A stretch of DNA of 64,000 nt from Calditrichia bacterium (GTDB lineage Bacteria > Calditrichota > Calditrichia > JAJRVZ01): NCBI GenBank assembly GCA_963777955.1, contig CAVZSQ010000015.1:128001-192000 (forward strand), given 5' to 3'. The notes beneath the pieces were generated by a model. The model had not been told where the DNA came from, did not search any database, and saw nothing but the letters and a program-made list of their open reading frames with translations. Position 1 is the stretch's first letter, and each line of letters begins with the position of its first letter. A program made the position numbers and the translations under genes. This document shows positions 21,528 to 32,462 of the stretch, one piece after another.

Positions 21528-22551
21528 AGTTCTGATCATTCAGACAGCATTTCTGGGTGACGTGATACTGACCACACCTCTGATTACAGCTATCAGAGAA
21601 AGTATACCTGACAACCAGATTGATTTCCTGACCATCCCCAAATCCATGAATGTTGTCGACACAAATCCGGCGCTGCAGCAGGTGATTATTTTCGATAAAA
21701 AAAATCGGGATCGTGGTTGGCGGGGACTGCGTCGCCTGGGCCGGCTCCTGGCTGAAAATGATTATACGCTATGTCTTACTCCTCATCGCTCCTGGCGCAG
21801 TGCCTATCTAACCCGCAGTACCGGGGCGCCGGTCCGGATCGGGTTTAGCAATTCGGCCTGGAGCAGCGTGTTTACCCATCAGATCAAGTATAAAAATAAT
21901 TCTCACGAAATTACCAGAAATTTATCATTACTGGAACCGCTGGGTATTCAGCCGATTCAACGGTTGCCTGCGCTCTATCCCACGATTGAAGATCAGCAGA
22001 CTGTCGACGCACTTATAAAAAACCTGGCCGGCGCAGCACCCCGGGCATATTTTGCCCTAGCTCCCGGATCCATCTGGCCGACCAAACGATGGCCGGCTCA
22101 GTATTTCAGAACCATTGCGGAAAAATTAATAGCGCACGCTTTCCACATTTTCTTAATCGGTGGCAGTGAAGATACCTCTCTCTGCCGGAGAATTGCGCTC
22201 AATCTGGAACACTGTACGGTGCTGACGGGAAAATTATCACTCCGCCAGACTTATCGACTCTTACAGTCATGTTGTAAAGGTCTATTAACCAACGATTCCG
22301 CGCCTTTACATTTAGGCCTGGCTGCCGCGATTCCGGTTTTTGCCGTTTTCGGTGCCACCGTTCCTGAATTTGGTTTTGCTCCGTTCGGTAAAAATGGATA
22401 TATTTTTGAAAATCATGAGATCTCCTGCAGGCCCTGCGGTATTCATGGCGGAGCAAAATGCCCGGTCAGAACATTTGCCTGTATGGAGCACATTGATCCG
22501 CAACAAATCGCCGATCAGATAATTAATATTACTGTTCCGGGCAGATTATAA
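21508..22551 (+). CDS. waaF: GT9 LPS heptosyltransferase II-like
   Basis: QTAFLGDVILTTP, PHRSWRS, APGSIWPTKRW, TNDSAPLH, CRPCGIHG. Confidence 0.85.
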   Translation: MRLIKNKVLIIQTAFLGDVILTTPLITAIRESIPDNQIDFLTIPKSMNVVDTNPALQQVIIFDKKNRDRGWRGLRRLGRLLAENDYTLCLTPHRSWRSAYLTRSTGAPVRIGFSNSAWSSVFTHQIKYKNNSHEITRNLSLLEPLGIQPIQRLPALYPTIEDQQTVDALIKNLAGAAPRAYFALAPGSIWPTKRWPAQYFRTIAEKLIAHAFHIFLIGGSEDTSLCRRIALNLEHCTVLTGKLSLRQTYRLLQSCCKGLLTNDSAPLHLGLAAAIPVFAVFGATVPEFGFAPFGKNGYIFENHEISCRPCGIHGGAKCPVRTFACMEHIDPQQIADQIINITVPGRL

Positions 22552-22559
22552 TCAGTAAT

Positions 22560-23726
22560 ATGCACTATATTAAAATTGATCCGATTAATCCTTTATCAGC
22601 CTCAATCAGGCAGGCTGCGCAGGTCATTCGCAGCGGAGGTATAATTGTTTATCCTACCGATACGCTTTATGGATTCGGGATTGATCTGAATAATCCCCGG
22701 GCCCTGGAAAAATTAACGCTGCTGAAAGGTCGTGATGCACAAAGACCCCTGTCGGTCCTGATCAACTCGCAAGCACAGGCTGAAGAATTGAGCGGAGCAT
22801 TAAATCCAGACGAGTCATTATGTTTTACAAAATTAATGCCCGGGAAAATAACCTTGTTATTACCGCGGAGGATTACCGCTCCTATTGCCATTCTGAATGA
22901 TTATGACCGGATCGGAGTGCGTTATCCGGTCAGCAAAATTTGTGCACTTTTGATTGCTGAACTCGGTTTCCCGATCAGTTCCACCAGTGTGAATTTATCC
23001 GGCCAGGCAAATCTTAAAAGGGTCGAGGCGATCAGGGATATTTTCGGTGATCATGTTGACCTTATTCTTGATGCCGGGCCGGTCAAATCTTCCCGAGGAT
23101 CGACGGTATTGGATTGCTCTTCCTTCCCCCCCCGGCTGGTGCGCCTGGGTGAGGTTAGTGCTAATCAGCTTACCCGGATGCTGGGCGCACAGGTCAAACC
23201 ACTGCCCAAGAAATTCATCATCTTGTTTATCTGTTCCGGTAACATCTGCCGGTCGCCAATGGCCGAGGGAATTCTAAAACGCATTTTTAGAAAAACAAAA
23301 TATAAGGACATGGTCGAAGTCAAATCTGCCGGGACATTAAAGATAGAAAATGCTCCCGCTGCAATCGAATCGATAGAAATTACCCGGCAATACGATATAC
23401 CATTGGCCCAGCACCGTTCCCGGGCACTGAACCGGGAACTGCTGTCGGAGGCCGATCTGGTCTTTTGTATGTCCATGAATCATTTGAATTATATCAATTC
23501 ACATTTTCCGGAATTTAAGGACAGGGTTTTTCTCTTAAAGCAATGGCAGGAGAAAAAAATATTGTCCAATCCTTCGATCGCAGATCCAATCGGACATAAT
23601 CTGGACTTTTTTAAAAAAACATTTAACCAGATTTACATAGAAATAATGCGTGTATTACCTGAAATATTTAAATTACTGAAAACAACTGCTGAACAAGCGG
23701 AAAATAAAAATCACATTAATCCGTAG
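22560..23726 (+). CDS. tsaC: Fusion of threonylcarbamoyl-AMP synthase (TsaC/Sua5) and low-molecular-weight phosphatase
   Basis: YPTDTLYG, KGR, STSVNLSG, GSTVLD, then FICSGNICRSPMAEG and IADPIG in one ORF. Confidence 0.9.
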   Translation: MHYIKIDPINPLSASIRQAAQVIRSGGIIVYPTDTLYGFGIDLNNPRALEKLTLLKGRDAQRPLSVLINSQAQAEELSGALNPDESLCFTKLMPGKITLLLPRRITAPIAILNDYDRIGVRYPVSKICALLIAELGFPISSTSVNLSGQANLKRVEAIRDIFGDHVDLILDAGPVKSSRGSTVLDCSSFPPRLVRLGEVSANQLTRMLGAQVKPLPKKFIILFICSGNICRSPMAEGILKRIFRKTKYKDMVEVKSAGTLKIENAPAAIESIEITRQYDIPLAQHRSRALNRELLSEADLVFCMSMNHLNYINSHFPEFKDRVFLLKQWQEKKILSNPSIADPIGHNLDFFKKTFNQIYIEIMRVLPEIFKLLKTTAEQAENKNHINP

Positions 23727-23764
23727 TTGTACGTAAATTCAGTTTGGAAATAGTGGTGATAGAT

Positions 23765-24751
23765 ATGATGATGCAAATAAAAAATTTTATGAACAGCCGT
23801 CGCCGCCGCCGCTCCACTTTAGTGTTCTTGCCGGGATTGCTGATTTTCACCGTATCCGTAACCGATACAGCCAGGGTAGTGCAGGATACAACTGATGTCG
23901 ATTCTCTGGTCACGGCTGTCGAGACGGATCCGGATAGTTCCGTCGGGTTTATGGTCAAACCTGCTGCAAATGTAAAACGGAATTCTGCACCACTCAGCTA
24001 CCCTGCAGTGGAAAACATGGCTTTTGCAGTCGGAGAAAAATTGACTTTCGATATCAGTTACGGTTTTATCCATGCCGGGACGGCAACTATGGAAGTAAAG
24101 CAGGAGGTGAACTATAACGATCGCAACTGTTATCATATCCAGACTGCGGCTAAATCGGCTTCCGGTTTTAATTTTATCTACAAGGTGGAAGATGTGGTTG
24201 ATAGTTTTATGGATAAGCAGGGCTTATTCAGCTGGAAATTCAATAAAAAGTTGCGGGAAGGCGGATACAAAGCGGACCTGCAGGCCACATACTATCCTGA
24301 GGATTCTCTGGCCTGTGTTTCCTTCACACGATATAAAGGCAGAATGAAAGTGCATAAACAACAGAATTACAATGTCAAAACTCCTCCATTTGCGCTTGAT
24401 ATACTGGCCTCTCTTTATTATACCCGTACACAAAAACTGCAGGTAGGTAAATCCATTTTCATCACCAACCATGATAATAAAAAGATTTATGATCTGGAAG
24501 TCAAAGTGTATAAAAAAGAAACTATAAAAACAGATGCCGGAAATTTTGAATGCTTGCTGGTCGAACCTGTCCTGAAAGGGGAAGGTTTATTTAAGCAAAA
24601 AGGCAAAATGCTGATATGGCTGACCAATGATCCGTACAAGATTCCTGTACGGATGACCACCGAGATTGCTGTTGGCCATATCACGACAGAACTGGCGAAA
24701 ATTGAAGGTATCAAAGGAAAAATTCCGGCGAGACGAAATTCCGATGAGTAA
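23765..24751 (+). CDS. DUF3108-domain exported protein (start uncertain)
   Basis: GEKLTFDISYGFIHAG, YKVEDVVDS, DILASLYYTR, AGNFEC, IWLTND-KIPV. Confidence 0.8.
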   Translation: MMMQIKNFMNSRRRRRSTLVFLPGLLIFTVSVTDTARVVQDTTDVDSLVTAVETDPDSSVGFMVKPAANVKRNSAPLSYPAVENMAFAVGEKLTFDISYGFIHAGTATMEVKQEVNYNDRNCYHIQTAAKSASGFNFIYKVEDVVDSFMDKQGLFSWKFNKKLREGGYKADLQATYYPEDSLACVSFTRYKGRMKVHKQQNYNVKTPPFALDILASLYYTRTQKLQVGKSIFITNHDNKKIYDLEVKVYKKETIKTDAGNFECLLVEPVLKGEGLFKQKGKMLIWLTNDPYKIPVRMTTEIAVGHITTELAKIEGIKGKIPARRNSDE

Positions 24752-25682
24752 ATATAAAAAATTAGATTTTAAAGGGATAAAAACTTACTCCATCCAGGAC
24801 CGCATCAGTAAAGTCCATACCGGCGTGTTTGCCGGGGTACCACCGGATAATCCCTCCTTCCATGATTTTTTCACCAGTCTGCCCCAGATTTTGGTCGGGA
24901 AAGATTTCACCAACTTTCTGGCAGATTATCAGCAGGCTATTTCGGCCTCTGCCATGATCATGGCGATGATCGGTGCACATGTCATTAAAGTCGGCTTGAG
25001 TCCTGTGCTGATAGATGCCCTGCAGCGGGGCTGGATCAGGCATCTGGCCCTCAATGGTGCCGGAGTAATTCACGATACGGAAATCGCCCTTTATGGTTGC
25101 ACTTCGGAAGATGTCGCCCAGGGACTGACGGATGGTACTTTTGGCATGGTCAAAGAGACTGCACAGTTCATTAACGGCGCGGTGAAAAAGGGCAAAGGTA
25201 AACTGGGTTATGCTGAAGCGGTTGCCCGGGCTCTGGCAGAGTCAGGCGGAAAATATCTGCAGCTAAGCCTGCTGTATCAGGCTTATAAACTGAATGTTCC
25301 GGTTACGGCACATCCGGCTCTGGGTACCGAGATAATCCACCAGCATCCGGATGTTGATCCGGAGGCTGTAGGTGATACGGCCTGGAGTGATTTTCAGATT
25401 TTTACCGGGAGTGTCAGCCTGTTAAATAGAAATTCAATTGTGATGAATATCGGTTCGGCAGTAATTCTGCCCGAAGTATTTTTAAAAGGTTTAACAGTAG
25501 CCAGAAACCTGGGACACCAGGCCTTCGGCTTCACTACCGCCACCTTTGATATGATCCGTCAATACCGCTCCGCCTTAAATGTTGTAGAACGGCCCACTGC
25601 CGGCAGCGGACATGGTTTTTATTTTATTGGCCATCATGAAATCATGCTGCCTCTGCTGTTTGCTGCCCTGAAATCCTTATAA
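24744..25682 (+). CDS. Conserved hypothetical protein, deoxyhypusine-synthase-like fold
   Basis: GAHVIKVGL, NGAGVIHDTEIA, TSEDV, PVTAH, GSAVILPEVFLK, GHHEIMLP. Confidence 0.7.
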   Translation: MSKYKKLDFKGIKTYSIQDRISKVHTGVFAGVPPDNPSFHDFFTSLPQILVGKDFTNFLADYQQAISASAMIMAMIGAHVIKVGLSPVLIDALQRGWIRHLALNGAGVIHDTEIALYGCTSEDVAQGLTDGTFGMVKETAQFINGAVKKGKGKLGYAEAVARALAESGGKYLQLSLLYQAYKLNVPVTAHPALGTEIIHQHPDVDPEAVGDTAWSDFQIFTGSVSLLNRNSIVMNIGSAVILPEVFLKGLTVARNLGHQAFGFTTATFDMIRQYRSALNVVERPTAGSGHGFYFIGHHEIMLPLLFAALKSL

Positions 25683-25799
25683 ATAAAAACTCCAGCATCT
25701 TTCCGGAAGTATTTTCGCTGTATTTGCGTTAATATCTCCTGTATGAATACATTTAAAAATGTCATGATAAAGTAAAAAAATAGAATAAGGAGGTCAGAG

Positions 25800-26414
25800 A
25801 TGTCGTACCGTTTGCCCGATTTACCTTATGCTTATGATGCGCTGGAACCATTCATCGATACCCGTACCATGGAAATACACCATCAGAAGCATCATGCTAC
25901 ATATGTCAGTAAATTAAACGCCGTGCTGGAAGGTTCTCAAGATTTACAGTCCAGAGATATCAAGGATTTGCTTAAAGGATTGAATTCATTACCCGAAGGC
26001 ATTCGCCAGGGCGTACGCAATCACGGCGGTGGTCACTATAATCATACTCTTTTCTGGAATCTGTTAGGCCCGGCCAGGGGCGGAATTCCCGTGGGCGAAC
26101 TGGGGAAAATGCTCGATAAAACTTACGGAACACTCTCCAAATTCAAGGAAGAATTCAGCACGGCCGCGGTTAACCGCTTTGGCAGTGGCTGGGCCTGGTT
26201 AGTTCTGGACCGCAATAAAAAACTTGCTATAACTTCAACGGCCAACCAGGACACCCCGGTCAGTGACGGAAATGAAGTAATACTGGGTCTTGACGTCTGG
26301 GAACATGCTTATTATTTAAAATATCAGAACCGGCGGCCGGAATATATTGAGAACTGCTGGAATGTCGTTGATTGGGAGAAAGTCAATGAGCGGTACCTGC
26401 GCTTGGTAAAATAA
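25800..26414 (+). CDS. sodA: Superoxide dismutase, Mn-type signature
   Basis: HHQKHH, NHGGGHYNH, FGSGWAWL, TANQD, DVWEHAYY; AAGGAGG RBS. Confidence 0.95.
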   Translation: MSYRLPDLPYAYDALEPFIDTRTMEIHHQKHHATYVSKLNAVLEGSQDLQSRDIKDLLKGLNSLPEGIRQGVRNHGGGHYNHTLFWNLLGPARGGIPVGELGKMLDKTYGTLSKFKEEFSTAAVNRFGSGWAWLVLDRNKKLAITSTANQDTPVSDGNEVILGLDVWEHAYYLKYQNRRPEYIENCWNVVDWEKVNERYLRLVK

Positions 26415-26508
26415 GATTCAAACTCGCGGGAAGTTGGCAGGTTGCGCCAGGGAGGTATACAGGGACGTATAGAAGATATAAAGTCTTGAAAAATGATGAT
26501 TTATTATC

Positions 26509-26537
26509 TTGCTAAGAGAAAAATAAAAGATTATATT
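26509..26537 (+). promoter_or_regulatory. Putative sigma70 promoter of the rimP-nusA-infB operon
   Basis: TTGCTA-17 nt-TATATT. Confidence 0.6.
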
Positions 26538-26547
26538 TGATGCTTGG

Positions 26548-26573
26548 AAAGTGGGTTCGTAGCCCACTTTTTT
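26548..26573 (+). ncRNA. rimP leader hairpin/attenuator
   Basis: AAAGTGGG-TTCGTAG-CCCACTTT plus T-tract between promoter and rimP; matches the known GTGGG/CCCAC rimP-leader stem. Confidence 0.8.
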
Positions 26574-26595
26574 GTTATGGGAAAGTTAAGAAACT

Positions 26596-27048
26596 ATGAA
26601 CACCCTGGACGAAGAAATAGTGGATCTGGTAAAAACGGTTTGTGCCGATGAATCGGTTATTTTCCACAGAGTTGTGCGGCAGCGGCAGGGCCGGACCAAC
26701 CTGATAAAAATTACTGTCGATACAGAAGGCGGTATCACGCTTGGTCAATGTCAGAATCTAAGCCGGAAGATCGCGGATTTGTTTTTCCGGAAAAACATTC
26801 TGGAAGGGAATTATCAACTAGAAGTGTCTTCACCGGGTGTGGAAAAATCCCTGGAATTTCCGTATGAATACCGGCGCAATTTAGGCCGCATTCTGGAGGT
26901 AATCCACGAAACAGCGGGTGTGACCACCAGCAGCAGTGGCGAGTTGGTCAGGTATGATGAAAAATCACTACGCTTAAAAGGAAAAAGCGGGGAAATCGAG
27001 ATTCCCCTGAATCAAATAAAACGTTCACATGTGAAATTACAATGGTAG
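26596..27048 (+). CDS. rimP: Ribosome maturation factor RimP
   Basis: GITLGQC, YQLEVSSPG; precedes nusA. Confidence 0.92.
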   Translation: MNTLDEEIVDLVKTVCADESVIFHRVVRQRQGRTNLIKITVDTEGGITLGQCQNLSRKIADLFFRKNILEGNYQLEVSSPGVEKSLEFPYEYRRNLGRILEVIHETAGVTTSSSGELVRYDEKSLRLKGKSGEIEIPLNQIKRSHVKLQW

Positions 27049-27059
27049 GATGATTATTT

Positions 27060-28334
27060 ATGAATAATGAAATTGTCGAAGCCATCACTCAGATTGCCCG
27101 GGAGAAGAAAATTGATAAAGATAGTTTACGGGATATGCTGGAAACTATCTTTACCCAGATTATTATTAAAAAATACGGCAAAGCGGATAATTTTGATGTA
27201 ATTGTGAATATCGATAAAGGTGATATCGAAATATTTCAAGAGAGAACTGTTGTGGAGACGGTTGAAGATCCGGTCACCCAGATTAACATGGAAGGTGCCC
27301 GCCGGATTGATCCGGATGTGGATATGGGCGAAGAGGTTGTGGAGGTAGTTACACCCGAGTCGTTTGGGCGGCGTTTAATCATTACGGCAAAGCAGGCTTT
27401 AAATCAGAAGATAAGGGATTTTGAGCGGGAGAATATTCTGGATGAATATCAAAACCGTGTCGGTGAAATTATAATCGGGGATATCCGCCAGATCAACAAG
27501 CGCGGTATCTTCGTCAACGTGGAAAAAACAGAAGTATTCCTGCCCCGCGAGGAACAAATTCAGAATGAGCGATTGCGGCGCGGGGATACGGTACGGGCTC
27601 TGATCAAAGAAGTCCGGGCCGATAATAAGGGGTCCGATATCATTATTTCGCGGGCCGATAAAAAGTTCCTGATCCGTTTATTCGAATTAGAAGTACCTGA
27701 AATATATGATGGTATTGTGGAAGTGAAGAATGTTGCCCGCGAAGCGGGGGAGCGTTCCAAGATCGCCGTAGAGTCCATTGATCGCCGGGTCGATCCGGTC
27801 GGCGCCTGTGTGGGAATGAAAGGGGTGCGTATTCAGGCGATTGTCCGGGAATTGAATAATGAGAAAATAGATATTATTAATTATTCCTCTGAACCGGCCA
27901 TCTTTATCAGCCGGGCCATGACCCCGGCTAAGCCGGTAAAAGTGATCGTCAATGAAGAGGAAAAACTCGCAGTGGCCATTATCTCTGATGAGCAGATGTC
28001 GCTGGCTATCGGTAAAACCGGACAAAACCTGCGCCTGGCTTCTGCACTTTGCGGCTACCAGATCGAACCGGTTAAAGTGAGCGAATACGAAGCACAGCGG
28101 GATGAGGAATATGTAGCCCTGGAGGAGATTGAAGGATTACCAAAAAGTATGATGAAAAAACTTGCTGACGGGGAAATAAAGAGCAAAGGTGAAATTATGA
28201 AACTCGGTCTGGATGGTCTGGTTGCCTTGCCGGGCATAGGAAAAAAATCAGCTGAGAAGATCCTGGAAATCGTCCAAAAAAATAGCAGTAAAAACACACC
28301 GGTGAAACAAGCAGAGACCGAACCGGAATCGTAA
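27060..28334 (+). CDS. nusA: Transcription factor NusA
   Basis: FGRR, LFELEVPEI, REAGERSK, VGACVGMKG, AIGKTGQNLRLA, C-terminal HhH. Confidence 0.97.
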   Translation: MNNEIVEAITQIAREKKIDKDSLRDMLETIFTQIIIKKYGKADNFDVIVNIDKGDIEIFQERTVVETVEDPVTQINMEGARRIDPDVDMGEEVVEVVTPESFGRRLIITAKQALNQKIRDFERENILDEYQNRVGEIIIGDIRQINKRGIFVNVEKTEVFLPREEQIQNERLRRGDTVRALIKEVRADNKGSDIIISRADKKFLIRLFELEVPEIYDGIVEVKNVAREAGERSKIAVESIDRRVDPVGACVGMKGVRIQAIVRELNNEKIDIINYSSEPAIFISRAMTPAKPVKVIVNEEEKLAVAIISDEQMSLAIGKTGQNLRLASALCGYQIEPVKVSEYEAQRDEEYVALEEIEGLPKSMMKKLADGEIKSKGEIMKLGLDGLVALPGIGKKSAEKILEIVQKNSSKNTPVKQAETEPES

Positions 28335-28412
28335 ATCCGGAAAATATAGGAATGGATCAGCTGAATGATCGACACTATAAACAAGCCGCGATTTTGAGTT
28401 AAGGGAGAATAC

Positions 28413-31112
28413 ATGGCTGTTGATGCAAAGAAATATAAACTCTTCAAAGTGTGCAAAGAGTTGAATGTAGGTTTGGAAACGGTGACTTCCTTCTTGCAGG
28501 AAAAAGGAATCAAAGTCACAGGCCCGAATACCGCCATTTCAGAAGAAATATATCAGGAAATCATCACCAATTTTTCACGCGAAAAAGAAATCGCCGATAA
28601 AATTCACCTGCGCAAGACGAAAAAAGACGGAGAGGGACTTGCCGCAGATAAAACAGCAAAAACTATTGAACATAAAATCCCGGAAAAATCGATTTATATT
28701 AAAACTATCGAAAAATCAATCGAAGACCGGGTGGAGCAGATTATCCGGGGTGAAGAGGAAGTTGAGGTTAAGCCTGTTCCCAAGAGACGCGGCCGGCGCC
28801 CGGTTAAAGATATAGAGGCAGAACGAATCGACGAAATTTCACCGGTTGAAAGGATCATTGATAAAGCGCCGCTAGGTCCAAAACCTGCAGATAAACCGGC
28901 CAGAAAAGAAGTCGTACATGACGAGGCCAAGCCGGGGATACCGGAACTGACCGAAAGACCTGTTCACGAGGATAAAAAATCGCCGGTTGCCAAGGCCGAA
29001 GAGAAAAAAGAACTCGATGAAGCAGCGCTGGCAGCCAAGGATCAGGCTCATCCCAAAGGGGTACCGGTCACTGATGAATTTCAGAAAACCAAAGATGAAA
29101 AGCGCCGCAAGGCACTGGAAATGATCCGTAAAGATGAACGGCGTAAAAAACATCTGCTCAAAGCAGGGGATTTGGAATCAGTTGATGAATTCAAACGTCC
29201 CCGCACCCGCAAACCGAAGAGAAAAGCAGTCGACAAAAAAGAAGTGGAACAAACGGTAAAGAAAACTCTGGCCAGTTTGGATGACCGGTTGCGCCGCACC
29301 AAGAAACGTAAAAAAGTCAAAGAGGAGACCGGTGAAGTCATTGAAGAAAATGTGATCTATGCCAGTGAGTTCATTTCGGCTAACGATCTGGCCAACCTGA
29401 TGAATGTTCCGGTCGGTGACGTCATAAAGAAATGCCTGGACCTGGGTTTAGTCGTGTCCATCAACCAGCGTCTGGATAAGGATACCATAGAACTACTGGC
29501 GAATGAATGGGGTTTCTCGGTACAGCAGGAGAAAGAATACGCCTCCGATTTTCTGGAAGAACTGGAAGATCAGGAGTATCAGATAGCGGATACTGAACCA
29601 CGCGCACCCATCATCACCATTATGGGACATGTGGATCATGGCAAAACTTCCTTGTTGGATTTTATCCGTAAAACTAATGTAGTCGGCGGTGAATCGGGTG
29701 GAATTACCCAGCATATCGGTGCTTACGAAGTCGAAAAAAAAGGCAGGAGTATTACTTTTTTGGATACACCCGGCCATGAAGCATTTACAGCCATGCGGGC
29801 GCGGGGTGCCCAGGTAACGGATATTGTAATACTGGTGGTAGCGGCCGATGATGAAGTGAAACCGCAAACGATAGAAGCCATCGATCACGCCCGGGCCGCC
29901 GGGGTTAAAATTATTGTGGCCATTAATAAGATGGATAAAGCCGATGCCAATCCGGACCGCATAAAAAAACAGTTAGCCGATCAGAATATCCTGATTGAAG
30001 AATGGGGGGGGTCCCATCAAAGTGCACAGATTTCGGCCAAAAAGGGAACGGGTATCGATGAATTACTGGATAAAGTATTAGTGGAAGCAGATTTACTGGA
30101 ATTAAAGGCGAACCGGTCTAAAAAAGCGCGCGGTACGGTGATCGAGTCCCGCCTGGATAAAGGCAAAGGCATTGTGGCTACTATCCTGGTTCAAAACGGC
30201 GTATTGCATATCAGTGATCCTTTTATTGCCGGCAATAGTTCCGGAAAAGTAAGGGCGCTGCTTAATGAAAAAGATGAAAAAGTGAATGTCGGAGGACCTT
30301 CTCAACCGGTACAGGTATTAGGATTTACCACTCTGCCACAGGCAGGCGACCGGTTCCTGGTTATGGCCGATGAGCAGACTACCAAGATCATCAGCGCGCG
30401 CAGGCAACGGATCAAACGCGAACAGGATATGCGCCAGGTCCACTTGCGTACGCTGGACCAGATTTCCGAAAATATTAAGATTGGCGGAGTGAAGGAATTA
30501 CGTATTATCGTTAAAGCCGATGTGGATGGCTCAGCTGAGGCTTTATCCGATGCGTTGTTAAAACTGGCTACCAAAGAGGTCAGTGTGATAGTTATACGTA
30601 AAGCCGTGGGCACTATTACGGAATCCGATGTGCTGCTGGCAGCCGCATCCGATGCCATTATAATCGGATTTCATGTACGTCCCAATGTCAAAGCCAAAGA
30701 ACTGGCGGTTAAAGAAAAGATAGAAATCCGTAATTATAAGGTCGTTTATGATGCCATTAACGATGTAAAATTAGCCCTGGAAGGATTGCTGGGCACCGAA
30801 GAACATGAACAGGTTCTCGGCAGTGTGGAAGTCCGCGAAATATTTAAAATTTCACGCCTGGGCACCATTGCCGGTTGCCAGGTCAGATCCGGAAAAATAA
30901 TTCGCAATGCCAGGGTGCGCCTGATCCGTGATGACGAAGAAATCTATGACGGCGCTATCGCATCGTTAAAACGCTTCAAGGATGATGTGCGGGAAGTTAG
31001 TGCCGGATTCGAATGCGGGATTCAGATACAGGATTATAATGATCTAAAAGTCGGCGATGTAATTGAAGCATACGAAATAGTTGAGAAGAAACGAACGCTG
31101 AGTATGGCCTAA
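28413..31112 (+). CDS. infB: Translation initiation factor IF-2
   Basis: [40 protein letters not shown]. Confidence 0.98.
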   Translation: MAVDAKKYKLFKVCKELNVGLETVTSFLQEKGIKVTGPNTAISEEIYQEIITNFSREKEIADKIHLRKTKKDGEGLAADKTAKTIEHKIPEKSIYIKTIEKSIEDRVEQIIRGEEEVEVKPVPKRRGRRPVKDIEAERIDEISPVERIIDKAPLGPKPADKPARKEVVHDEAKPGIPELTERPVHEDKKSPVAKAEEKKELDEAALAAKDQAHPKGVPVTDEFQKTKDEKRRKALEMIRKDERRKKHLLKAGDLESVDEFKRPRTRKPKRKAVDKKEVEQTVKKTLASLDDRLRRTKKRKKVKEETGEVIEENVIYASEFISANDLANLMNVPVGDVIKKCLDLGLVVSINQRLDKDTIELLANEWGFSVQQEKEYASDFLEELEDQEYQIADTEPRAPIITIMGHVDHGKTSLLDFIRKTNVVGGESGGITQHIGAYEVEKKGRSITFLDTPGHEAFTAMRARGAQVTDIVILVVAADDEVKPQTIEAIDHARAAGVKIIVAINKMDKADANPDRIKKQLADQNILIEEWGGSHQSAQISAKKGTGIDELLDKVLVEADLLELKANRSKKARGTVIESRLDKGKGIVATILVQNGVLHISDPFIAGNSSGKVRALLNEKDEKVNVGGPSQPVQVLGFTTLPQAGDRFLVMADEQTTKIISARRQRIKREQDMRQVHLRTLDQISENIKIGGVKELRIIVKADVDGSAEALSDALLKLATKEVSVIVIRKAVGTITESDVLLAAASDAIIIGFHVRPNVKAKELAVKEKIEIRNYKVVYDAINDVKLALEGLLGTEEHEQVLGSVEVREIFKISRLGTIAGCQVRSGKIIRNARVRLIRDDEEIYDGAIASLKRFKDDVREVSAGFECGIQIQDYNDLKVGDVIEAYEIVEKKRTLSMA

Positions 31113-31394
31113 ATGATCATCGGTGTCCTGACATTTGAGATATTTATCCCGGCCAGTCAATCATTGAAGGAAAAAAGGTTTGTTTTGAAAAGTCTGAAAG
31201 ACAGGTTGAAAAATAAATTTAATGCATCGGTAGCCGAGATTGAATTTCAGGATAAATGGCAGAGAGCGGCTATTGGAGTTGCTGTAATCGGCAATGCACA
31301 AGCTCATGTAGAGCAATCACTGCAGCAGATATTTAAATTTATTGACAACTCGGAATATTACGAAATTACTTCGTACCAATTTGAGTATCTGTAG
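31113..31394 (+). CDS. ylxP: DUF503 (YlxP) protein
   Basis: SLKEKR, KFNASVAE, QDKWQRA; lies between infB and rbfA. Confidence 0.9.
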   Translation: MIIGVLTFEIFIPASQSLKEKRFVLKSLKDRLKNKFNASVAEIEFQDKWQRAAIGVAVIGNAQAHVEQSLQQIFKFIDNSEYYEITSYQFEYL

Positions 31395-31395
31395 T

Positions 31396-31758
31396 ATGCC
31401 GGAAGAAAACAGACGAATACGCCGCGTGGCGGATCAGATTAAGAATGAAATGGCCTGGTTTATCGATCACAAGTTAAAGGATCCGCAGTTGGGATTTGTA
31501 ACCCTGACCAGAGTAAAACTGACTTCCGATTTAAAACTGGCCAGTGTGTATTTTTCGGTTTTCGGCAAAAATGTTGATCCCAAGAAGAGCGCTGAAATTC
31601 TGAACAGAGCCAGTCATTTTCTGCGCAAAGAATTGGCGGAAAAAATCGAGCTGAGATTCATTCCCAATCTCAGGTTTTTTTATGATGACAGCCTGGAATA
31701 TTCAGAACACATCCAGAAATTGTTTAAAAAAATACATGAAAACGATGACAATCGATAA
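31396..31758 (+). CDS. rbfA: Ribosome-binding factor A
   Basis: RVADQI, KDPQLGFVT, DLKLASVYFS, LRFIPNLRFFYD. Confidence 0.95.
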   Translation: MPEENRRIRRVADQIKNEMAWFIDHKLKDPQLGFVTLTRVKLTSDLKLASVYFSVFGKNVDPKKSAEILNRASHFLRKELAEKIELRFIPNLRFFYDDSLEYSEHIQKLFKKIHENDDNR

Positions 31759-32452
31759 AACCACAGTCCGGCAAGATCTGAATCGCCTGGAGGATCATAT
31801 CATTCTGATCGATAAACCCGAAGGCTGGACTTCGTTTGATGTGGTAAAAAAAGTTAAAAATATCGGCAAATTTAAAAAAGTCGGCCATGCCGGAACACTG
31901 GACCCGTTCGCTACGGGGTTGTTAATATTGGGTACCGGACGCCGAACCAAGGAATTGACCGGGATCAGCAAGTCCGTTAAAACATATGTGGCCAGGATCA
32001 TTCTGGGCCGGACCACTGATACTTATGATCGTACAGGTACTACTGTCGGGGAAGGTAATTTAAACCAGTTTGATCGGGCGAAAGTGGAAGGGATTCTGCC
32101 GGACTTTATCGGTGAAACCGAACAATATGCTCCGCCATTCAGCGCGAAAAAGATAGCAGGAGTACGGTTGTACAAATTAGCCAGAAAAGGCAAAACCGTC
32201 ACAGTCAAACCGCATAAAATAATTATCGATCAGATAAAGATACTGGACTGGGATGGTTGTGAAGTGGAACTGTTTATCCAGTGCTCGACAGGAACTTATA
32301 TACGCAGCCTGGCCCATGATATCGGAATCAAAACCGGTTATGGTGCCTGCGTTGGTGAACTGAGGCGTATTTCAGTGGATGGTTTTTCATTGGAACAGGC
32401 GCTGCAAATATCCGAGTTCGAAAAATACTGGCATGGGCAGGATTTGAATTGA
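31736..32452 (+). CDS. truB: tRNA pseudouridine(55) synthase (short, no PUA domain)
   Basis: DKPEGWTSFDVV, KVGHAGTLDPFATG, SAKK, GTYIRSLAHD. Confidence 0.95.
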   Translation: MKTMTIDKTTVRQDLNRLEDHIILIDKPEGWTSFDVVKKVKNIGKFKKVGHAGTLDPFATGLLILGTGRRTKELTGISKSVKTYVARIILGRTTDTYDRTGTTVGEGNLNQFDRAKVEGILPDFIGETEQYAPPFSAKKIAGVRLYKLARKGKTVTVKPHKIIIDQIKILDWDGCEVELFIQCSTGTYIRSLAHDIGIKTGYGACVGELRRISVDGFSLEQALQISEFEKYWHGQDLN

Positions 32453-32462
32453 TCAGAACGAT

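Noticed and set aside
23765..23860. Tat signal in the DUF3108 protein (SRRRRR)
   Set aside because: Lacks the RRxFLK consensus and the start codon is uncertain
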